A DNA stretch of 38,446 nucleotides from Candidatus Sifarchaeum marinoarchaea (GTDB lineage Archaea > Asgardarchaeota > Sifarchaeia > Borrarchaeales > Borrarchaeaceae): assembly GCA_016294985.1 (NCBI GenBank), contig JAECRW010000001.1, positions 1-38,446 of the forward strand, read 5' to 3'. Position numbers and translations under genes: made by a program. The notes below the pieces were generated by a model, which worked only from the letters and a program-made list of their open reading frames with translations, did no database searches and had not been told where the DNA came from. Below, piece after piece: positions 26,916-34,199 of the stretch. Within the stretch, counting starts at the first letter, position 1. Every line of letters starts with the position of its first letter.

Positions 26916-28055
26916 TTATACTAAGTCATTTTGGAGAAGATGTATTCCTAGAAGTATTCTGTCTTCTACTTCGGGGAGCACTTTTTCGTCGCCCCTCGCC
27001 TTTCTTATTAATTCTCTTGCGCCCAGGAACAGGTTGTATGCCATGTGGAATCCAATCGGAACACCATGTGGGTATAAATCCGCTAAATCTTTCCTCACGA
27101 TTAATTTCAGTATCTGGTTATAACCTAACAGAAAGGTCAGAATATCCTTTCTAGTCTCATTTACAGTTCCAAATCGTTTAAACTCCTGTAAGCAGGGATA
27201 GGCAAAAAAGGTGCCAATATCTTCGAAGCGATCACTATCTCCGGGGTATAAATATTCTGGATCGATGATGTAAACGTTTTGTTTGTACACTGCAGACATG
27301 TCTTTAAGGACTGAGAAATCCAGATTGTCACGCTTAATACTCTGACCAAAGATTACATTGTCCATATGAAAGTCTGCAAAAATAAGGCTACCGCCAATTG
27401 AATTTCTCATTTTACTTAAAGAGAAATCTACAGCAAGAGAAATATCCCTCTTATGCTGATCTGATAGCGGCAAATCGATCAATACTAAAGCCATCAGACC
27501 CTTGTACTTTTCCACATCTATCCTATCTGTTTGCGATCCATGAATCGCCGCAAGGAGTTTTCCCGCAGTTTTGGCTTTAAACATTCTCTCTATCTTCGAT
27601 TCTGTGTACGTTTGTCCAATTATTCCTTCATAGATAAGGAGATGGGATTTTGGATCACTATAGATTAATTTTGGCGTCTTTAGGTTATCAAAATCATCAG
27701 GAAGTTGCTCTAGTCTACTTATCAATATTTTAGAGTTCTCCGCTTCTTGAATTACCTTCTGAGGGCTTGAAGAGAATTTTAATGCAAGCATTGTTTTGAA
27801 GCTGCCAGCATCTGTACCGAGATTGAGTGAAACAAGATGAATTTTGCCAGTACGTCCCATTTTTCGTATACTCGTTACGTCATTGAAGGTTATGAAACGG
27901 GGTCGTGACTGTGTGACTTTCTCGACGGCGGTTTTCAAATAATCTTCAAAACAACTGACAATTCTTGTTAGCAGTTCTGTGTATCGCATTTTTTCTCTGA
28001 TTTCGTTTGCCTTGCCATTCCACGCTTCGTCTTGCCTTGTCATCTCCTTTTCCAT
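26916..28055 (-). CDS. Protein-kinase-like fold phosphotransferase (APH/choline-kinase family)
   Basis: 379 aa. The catalytic loop is FADFHMDNVIF (H-x-D-x4-N), with a downstream YIIDPEY metal-binding Asp motif. Confidence 0.7.
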   Translation of the reverse strand: MEKEMTRQDEAWNGKANEIREKMRYTELLTRIVSCFEDYLKTAVEKVTQSRPRFITFNDVTSIRKMGRTGKIHLVSLNLGTDAGSFKTMLALKFSSSPQKVIQEAENSKILISRLEQLPDDFDNLKTPKLIYSDPKSHLLIYEGIIGQTYTESKIERMFKAKTAGKLLAAIHGSQTDRIDVEKYKGLMALVLIDLPLSDQHKRDISLAVDFSLSKMRNSIGGSLIFADFHMDNVIFGQSIKRDNLDFSVLKDMSAVYKQNVYIIDPEYLYPGDSDRFEDIGTFFAYPCLQEFKRFGTVNETRKDILTFLLGYNQILKLIVRKDLADLYPHGVPIGFHMAYNLFLGARELIRKARGDEKVLPEVEDRILLGIHLLQNDLV

Positions 28056-28223
28056 ATAAGTCCACCGAGATAGCTATTAATCTCTTATTAAAACCCACAC
28101 TCATTTTTAAAAAATTTATCGCACAGAAGTATTGACAAATTGTTTTAAAACAGTATTTATATCGATTGAGGGCGCTCTATTAGGTTCAAAAGAAAATTGC
28201 TTCGGTCATTAGATAATATTATC

Positions 28224-29096
28224 CTAAAAGTTTAGATATGTTATATTGCCTTCTGAATCAATTCTTGCACCTGCATGTCGATCCGCCCAGCAACTGAAGA
28301 CAATTCCAACAGGTAGGCTCGCAGGATGTCTTCCAGCAACTTCGATGTGGACTGATAAAACAGTTGGACCCTCGCCCAGTCCCATAACACCTATTTTCAA
28401 TTCATTTAGCGCTTTAAGTAGTTCCTTTTCTAATTCTGCGATCTTTAGGTTTGTATTATGTGTACCAACAGAACGAAGTAAGGCTTTTTTCGCCAAGTTC
28501 ATTGCTATATCCTCTCCTCCTCCTATCCCTATCCCTAAGAAGTAAGGAGGGCATCCTTTTGCTCCAGCGTCAACTACTGAATCAACAATAAATCTTTTTA
28601 TCCCCTTTAGCCCCTCTCCTGGTTTCAATAATCCTAGTTTTGAGATGTTTGTGCTCCCTCCGCCTTTTGGAAATGCAACGAGTTCTAACATATTGCTGTT
28701 AGGAACGATCTCCCAATAAATCCATGGGATGTAATCTGCTACATTATTGCCAGTATTTCCCTTGAAAAGATCGACAGCATTTGGTCTTAAGGGAACATCA
28801 TGTGTAGCTTTAATAGTAGCTTTTTTGAGGATATTTGGTAATTCTGCAATGATCGGAAAGTGTTCTCCCGCCTTAACGAAAAAAGAAACGACTCCCGTGT
28901 CCTGGCACATAGGAAGTATTGAAGTTTTTGCTGTTATGAAATCATCGACAATAGCTTGTAACTGTGTTTTGGCAACATCAGTTTGGCTCTCTTCTAAGGC
29001 TTTAAGTAGTGCTTTCTCAACGCTATCTGGAAGTTTAGTAACTGCTGATCTTAAGAGTTCAATAGCAACATTCTCAATGATTTCAGGAAGTTCCAT
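28224..29096 (-). CDS. Class I (Fe-S) fumarate hydratase / tartrate dehydratase family, alpha subunit
   Basis: 290 aa. It has PMCQDTGVV and GIGIGG, which are Fumerase N-domain motifs. Confidence 0.9.
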   Translation of the reverse strand: MELPEIIENVAIELLRSAVTKLPDSVEKALLKALEESQTDVAKTQLQAIVDDFITAKTSILPMCQDTGVVSFFVKAGEHFPIIAELPNILKKATIKATHDVPLRPNAVDLFKGNTGNNVADYIPWIYWEIVPNSNMLELVAFPKGGGSTNISKLGLLKPGEGLKGIKRFIVDSVVDAGAKGCPPYFLGIGIGGGEDIAMNLAKKALLRSVGTHNTNLKIAELEKELLKALNELKIGVMGLGEGPTVLSVHIEVAGRHPASLPVGIVFSCWADRHAGARIDSEGNITYLNF

Positions 29097-29099
29097 TAT

Positions 29100-29738
29100 T
29101 CATCCTCCAGGTTCGATTATGTGCAATTGTTTGTAAACTTTGGTGACATTCTCTCTAACACGGTCATTTACTTGTGCAAAGAGGTTGTTCCCATGTGAAT
29201 CTATGGCGACAACTAATGGACCAAAATCTTTTACTTCGTAAACCCAAAGGCATTCGGGCATGCCTAATTCTTGCAGCCAGAACACATCTTTTACTTTCTT
29301 AATTCGATTAGCCGCAAGAAGAGCAGCTCCTCCAGTAAATGCCCCATAAACGCATACTTCCTCTTGACAGGCTTTTGTAGTTCTCATGCCCATTCCACCC
29401 TTTCCAATAATAATCCGAGGATGGAAAGCTTTGATGAATTCTTCCTCAAAAATCTCCATACGTGCCGAAGTAGTAGGACCTGCAGCAATAACAGTCCATT
29501 CGCCAGTTTCACTTTTTTTCATCACTGGTCCACAATGGAAAACACCGATGCCTTCAAAATTTACAGGTAGTTTTTTACCTGCATTATGCAATTCTAAAGC
29601 TTTCAAATGCGCTTCGTCTCTTGCGGTAACAATAGTCCCTGAAACGTATAGTGTGTCTCCAACTTTAAGTCGTCTTACAGCTTCTTCAATTATTGGCGTT
29701 GTCAAATGAAATTCACCCATATGTACCACCTTTTTCAA
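29100..29738 (-). CDS. Class I (Fe-S) fumarate hydratase family, beta subunit
   Basis: 212 aa. It has GTIVTARDEAH, IIGKGGM and AFTGGAALLAA, which are Fumerase C-domain motifs. It ends 3 nt before the alpha gene start. Confidence 0.9.
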   Translation of the reverse strand: MKKVVHMGEFHLTTPIIEEAVRRLKVGDTLYVSGTIVTARDEAHLKALELHNAGKKLPVNFEGIGVFHCGPVMKKSETGEWTVIAAGPTTSARMEIFEEEFIKAFHPRIIIGKGGMGMRTTKACQEEVCVYGAFTGGAALLAANRIKKVKDVFWLQELGMPECLWVYEVKDFGPLVVAIDSHGNNLFAQVNDRVRENVTKVYKQLHIIEPGG

Positions 29739-29814
29739 GGAGAATTTAATAGTGAGAAGGATGCTATCAACTTAAATATTTTAATGATAATATCTGATGC
29801 AAAATCGTTTCTAA

Positions 29815-30129
29815 GAGAGGAGGTGTTATACAATAACGTTAATCGCTTCAGGGACTCTCGGACACGGAGAGACCAAAGATTTTGAGGTGGAATTACGAGA
29901 TGGGGTAAAGTACAGCATTTATGTTAACCCTACTGAACCTCATGTTGATTTCGATCTCTATATCTATGACGAGAATGGTAATTTGATTGAGTATGATAGC
30001 TCAGCTGATAGTGATGCATATTGTTTCATTATACCTAATCACACGGGTTCATTCAGATTATTGATCAAATCAGAAGCAGGTTTTAGTAAGTATTACATCC
30101 GTGTTGTCCAAGAACGAAAATTAGATTAA
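29815..30129 (+). pseudogene. Isolated PPC (pre-peptidase C-terminal)-like domain, probably a gene remnant
   Basis: The open frame ERRCYTITLIASGTLGHGETKDFEVELRDGVKYSIYVNPTEPHVDFDLYIYDENGNLIEYDSSADSDAYCFI...GSFRLLIKSEAGFSKYYIRV has the D-x-D-L-Y-[LI]-Y-D core of PPC domains. There is no ATG; the only start is a GTG at 29887, inside the domain. I see no signal peptide and no catalytic domain. Confidence 0.4.
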
Positions 30130-30374
30130 TTAGGAGGTTTTGGTAAATATTACATCTATGTTATCCAAGAAGGTTAGAATTATCTAATAAACTAAAGTTA
30201 ATAACGACTAGGAATTTATGAGATACTGCCAAGAAAAAACTAAAGATAAAATTTGCTTATTTCTAGAACTTCCTCTACTCGTTCTTGCATGAAAACGAAG
30301 TGAATTAGGGAATTTGGAAGGAAAAGACACTTTACAAAGCCTATGGTCATATATGAAACTTTAAAAGTTGATAC

Positions 30375-30411
30375 ACGTAAAGAATATTGACAAACGTAAA
30401 GTTTAAATAAA
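30375..30411 (+). promoter_or_regulatory. Two ACGTAAAG octamers 19 nt apart followed by a TTTAAATAA TATA-like box, ~70 nt upstream of the second Hdr operon
   Basis: The octamers are at 30375-30382 and 30394-30401, and the A/T box at 30402-30410. The pattern is read from sequence only. Confidence 0.2.
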
Positions 30412-30481
30412 TGGTAACTATCGACAAATAGCAACTTGTTTCCGTACACCACAATTACAGAACTCCCCAACGTGAGTTGAA

Positions 30482-30892
30482 ATGTCTAAGACGATCAGAT
30501 TAGATTCCACGGAAGCAGCGAAATTTGCTGCAAAGATCCAAGAGAGGAGTGGGGAACCGATCGACATGTGCTTTCAATGTGGAGAGTGTTCCTCTGCATG
30601 CCCAGTATCTTCAGATATGGATCTAATGCCTTCTACATTGGTTCGCTTTACTCAATTGGGACTGAAAGATGAATTAATCAATGCAAAGACCATCTGGGTA
30701 TGCGCTTCGTGTTTTCATTGTGTAACTCGATGTCCAAAGGGGATTGATATAGCCAAAGTAGCTGAAGCTCTTCGACAAGAATTACTGCGGAAAAAACTAG
30801 ATTATGTTGAGGTACGAGACCTTTCAATGGAAGAGAGGCAAGAAATTCCACAAATTGCAATCATTTCTAACTTGCGCAAATTTTCAAGATGA
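30482..30892 (+). CDS. hdrC: HdrC-like 2x[4Fe-4S] ferredoxin subunit (second copy)
   Basis: 136 aa. It has CFQCGECSSACP and CASCFHCVTRCP. Confidence 0.85.
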   Translation: MSKTIRLDSTEAAKFAAKIQERSGEPIDMCFQCGECSSACPVSSDMDLMPSTLVRFTQLGLKDELINAKTIWVCASCFHCVTRCPKGIDIAKVAEALRQELLRKKLDYVEVRDLSMEERQEIPQIAIISNLRKFSR

Positions 30893-30905
30893 GATGGTGT
30901 AAGTC

Positions 30906-31808
30906 GTGAAGATCCCATATTTTCCGGGTTGCTCCTTAAAAACCATAGGCGAAGGATTCGAAAAGTCAGCTATCGCATCAGCTGCAATTTTAGACTTTGA
31001 ACTTGAAGAACTACCGAGATGGGTCTGTTGTGGAACGGTTAGTTCTCTCACTACTGATGATTTAATGCACCATCTTGCTCCAATACGAAACCTTATACGT
31101 GTTGAAGACATAAAGGAAACACAGTTAGTCACTTTGTGTTCTGTCTGCTATAGCACACTTAAACGGTCCAATGCGCTCGTGAAGAATGATCCCGAGAAAC
31201 TAAAAACTATGAACCAATTCATGGACAAAGAAAATGAATATCAAGGCAGCGTCAAGGTATTACACTTCCTCGAACTATTAAGGGAGATGGGCTTTGACAA
31301 AATAAAAGAGAAGGTAAAAAAGCCTCTAAGGGGATTAACGCTTTCACCGTATTACGGTTGCTTACTAGTAAGACCGAAAGAATTTGGCATTGATAATCCC
31401 GAAGATCCTACAATATTACAGGAGTTGACCAAGGCGCTCGGTGCAGATGTGATAGACAACCCTTATCAACTTAAATGTTGTGGGAGTTATCATACAGTAG
31501 ATAAACCTAACCTAGTAGCCGATTTAGGCTACAAAATATTGACCTATGCGAGAAATTCAGGGGCAGATGCCTTAGTTCTAAGCTGTCCCCTATGTGCATT
31601 TAATCTGGATAATAGACAACGAGAGATAAAACGTCAATATCCTGATTTTGTTGAAATCCCCATCTTATATTTTACTCAGTTAATGGCACTAGCATTTGAT
31701 CTAGGCGAAGAAAAACTTGGGTTTGATATTCATTATGTTGATCCTGTTCCTTTATTGAAAGAAAAGCAATTACTGATCGATTCTTTACCTTTAATTAAAG
31801 AAAAATAA
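30906..31808 (+). CDS. hdrB: HdrB-like / SdhE-like protein with two CCG domains (second copy)
   Basis: 300 aa with a GTG start. Both cysteine sets are present: GC...CCGTV...CSVC and GC...CCGSY...CPLC. Confidence 0.9.
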   Translation: MKIPYFPGCSLKTIGEGFEKSAIASAAILDFELEELPRWVCCGTVSSLTTDDLMHHLAPIRNLIRVEDIKETQLVTLCSVCYSTLKRSNALVKNDPEKLKTMNQFMDKENEYQGSVKVLHFLELLREMGFDKIKEKVKKPLRGLTLSPYYGCLLVRPKEFGIDNPEDPTILQELTKALGADVIDNPYQLKCCGSYHTVDKPNLVADLGYKILTYARNSGADALVLSCPLCAFNLDNRQREIKRQYPDFVEIPILYFTQLMALAFDLGEEKLGFDIHYVDPVPLLKEKQLLIDSLPLIKEK

Positions 31809-31830
31809 AACCAAATGAGAGGGGTCAAAC

Positions 31831-32535
31831 TTGGAAGAAGAAGCAGAAAAAGAGAAAATGGTGAAGGTATATATCATGGGACGCGAGTTTGAGGTCCCCG
31901 CCACTCTAAATATCGTAAAAGCATTCGAATATGCTGGTTATAGATTTGTACGAGGAATTGGTTGCAGGGGAGGATATTGCGGAGCTTGCGCCACAGTTTA
32001 TCGATTTAAAGATGATTACAGGCTTAATTTTGCCTTGGCTTGCCAGAAGGCAGTAGAAGATGGCATGTATCTTACTATACTGCCATTTGTTCCTGCTGAG
32101 AAGGCGCAATATGAACTGGATAAACTAAAACCTAGAGGAACTGTATTGCTTGAACTTTATCCGGAGATCGCACGCTGTGTGGCGTGCAATACATGCACCA
32201 AAGCCTGTCCACAAGAATTAGAGGTAATGGATTATGTTCAAGCTGCTATTCGTGGTGACATAAAAGAATTATCTAATTTGAGTTTTGACTGTATTCAATG
32301 CGGTTTGTGTGCTATGAGATGCCCTGCAGAGATTGTTCCTTATAATGTAGGACAACTTGCACGTCGATTATATGGGAAATATGTCGCACCCCAGGCAAAA
32401 CACACTCATGCACGCGTTGAGGAAATCCATGCGTGTGTATTTGACGAAGAACTTGACAATTATAGCATATTAGTAAAAGAGGATGTTGAAAAACTAAAGA
32501 AGATATATGTGGAGCGAGAAATTAAGGTGGGATAG
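31831..32535 (+). CDS. SdhB/FrdB-like iron-sulfur protein ([2Fe-2S] + 2 cubane motifs)
   Basis: 234 aa. It has CRGGYCGACATVY...LAC, CVACNTCTKACP and CIQCGLCAMRCP. The track starts at a TTG; the ATG at 31858 is an alternative. Confidence 0.85.
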   Translation: MEEEAEKEKMVKVYIMGREFEVPATLNIVKAFEYAGYRFVRGIGCRGGYCGACATVYRFKDDYRLNFALACQKAVEDGMYLTILPFVPAEKAQYELDKLKPRGTVLLELYPEIARCVACNTCTKACPQELEVMDYVQAAIRGDIKELSNLSFDCIQCGLCAMRCPAEIVPYNVGQLARRLYGKYVAPQAKHTHARVEEIHACVFDEELDNYSILVKEDVEKLKKIYVEREIKVG

Positions 32536-32539
32536 ATAG

Positions 32540-34189
32540 ATGGAACGTGGTTATCCCGATTACATGCTGGAGTCAATTGAACTCGTGAAACAGACGCGAG
32601 AAAGACGTCTAAAAGAAATTCCTGAACTTATGACACTTGAGGAAAGAGAGGCGATCCTAAGACAATATCATCCTGATTACAAAGAAGGTGGAAAGCGCAC
32701 CGTAAAGGTCGGTGTGAACGCTGGAGAACCCATGCCACATGAGGCAGCAGACCTGATTGAGGCTTATCCTCTTATCGAACCAGAACAAATCGATCTGTCG
32801 ACTATAGATTACGATTCAGACATTTTGATCATTGGCGCTGGTGGAGCTGGATTAACAGCTGCATTGTGGGCTGTAAACTCTGGTGCTGACGTTGATCAAA
32901 TACTAATGGTCACAAAATTGCGTATGGGCGATTCAAACTCGAAAATGTCTCAAGGTGGTATTCAAGCTGCAGATTGTGAGGACGATAATCCTGTTCTACA
33001 TTATTTAGATGTTATTGGGGGCGGACACTTCACAAACGACCCTGAATTAGTCAAGTGGCTAGTTCGGGAAGCCCCTATGATCATAAAATGGCATGAAGAA
33101 TTAGGTATAATGTACGATAAGGATGAGGAAGGTTGCATGTTTGTCGCACCAGGTGGAGGGACTTGCAGAAAGAGAATGCATTCTTGTAAAGACTATACTG
33201 GCATGGAGATCGTACGCGTTTTGATGGATGAGGCATTGAATCTAGATATACCGACACTTGAATTTACAAGTGCTGTGGAGTTACTTATGGATGATGCAGG
33301 TAAAGTTGCTGGAGCAGTTCTTTGGGATATGGAAAAAGAAGATTATTTCATTGCAAGAGCGAAAGCAACATTGATGGCAACTGGTGGTTTCGGACGACTC
33401 CATATTCAAGAATTTGCTACCACGAACCATTATGGCGCCACCGCAGACGGTCTGGTTATGGCAAACCGAGTAGGTGCGAGAATCATTGACATGGACTCAG
33501 TTCAGTATCATCCAACTGGAAGTTCATATCCTGAACAAATCGTAGGTCTTCTGTGCACTGAGAAATTAAGAGGAAGAGGCGCTCAGCCCGTAAACAAGTA
33601 TGGCGAAGAGTTCGTGTATCCGCTTGAGCCTAGAGATGTCGAATCAGCAGCTCTTATCAGAGAATGTGCTAAAGGAAATGGGCTTGTAACCCCGACTGGC
33701 ATGCCTGGAGTATGGCTGGACACTCCTCTGATCGATATTCTTCATGGTGAAGGCACTATCGAAAAGGAATTTTCAGCCATGTCTCTAAAGTACAAACGGT
33801 TTGACATTGACATGACACAAGATCCTATTTTTGTTTATCCAACGCTCCACTTCCAGAATGGCGGAATCGTAATTAACGAGCGTACTGGGGTTGTAGGTGT
33901 TCCCGGACTCTTTGCATCTGGTGAAACAACAGGCGGAGTTCATGGCAAGAACAGATTGATGGGTAACTCAATCTTGGACTATTGTGTGTACGGAAGACGA
34001 ATGGGCATCTACGCAACAGAATACGTCAAAAACGCAACAGTGGGCAAATTAAACTTAGATCACGTAACCAAATATACGAAATTATTAGAGGACGCTGGGG
34101 GAATTCCTCGCACTAGAAAGGCGCCTATTCTCCTCCCCGAGTATAGAGGCGAAAGGACAATATCCCATGCTTTAGCATTGCTCGGATAA
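32540..34189 (+). CDS. Succinate dehydrogenase/fumarate reductase-family flavoprotein (TfrA/FrdA-like)
   Basis: 549 aa. It has DILIIGAGGAGLTAA, SVQYHPTG and GLFASGETTGGVHGKNRLMGNS. The GxGxxG motif begins only at about residue 98. Confidence 0.9.
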   Translation: MERGYPDYMLESIELVKQTRERRLKEIPELMTLEEREAILRQYHPDYKEGGKRTVKVGVNAGEPMPHEAADLIEAYPLIEPEQIDLSTIDYDSDILIIGAGGAGLTAALWAVNSGADVDQILMVTKLRMGDSNSKMSQGGIQAADCEDDNPVLHYLDVIGGGHFTNDPELVKWLVREAPMIIKWHEELGIMYDKDEEGCMFVAPGGGTCRKRMHSCKDYTGMEIVRVLMDEALNLDIPTLEFTSAVELLMDDAGKVAGAVLWDMEKEDYFIARAKATLMATGGFGRLHIQEFATTNHYGATADGLVMANRVGARIIDMDSVQYHPTGSSYPEQIVGLLCTEKLRGRGAQPVNKYGEEFVYPLEPRDVESAALIRECAKGNGLVTPTGMPGVWLDTPLIDILHGEGTIEKEFSAMSLKYKRFDIDMTQDPIFVYPTLHFQNGGIVINERTGVVGVPGLFASGETTGGVHGKNRLMGNSILDYCVYGRRMGIYATEYVKNATVGKLNLDHVTKYTKLLEDAGGIPRTRKAPILLPEYRGERTISHALALLG

Positions 34190-34199
34190 AAAGAGATGA

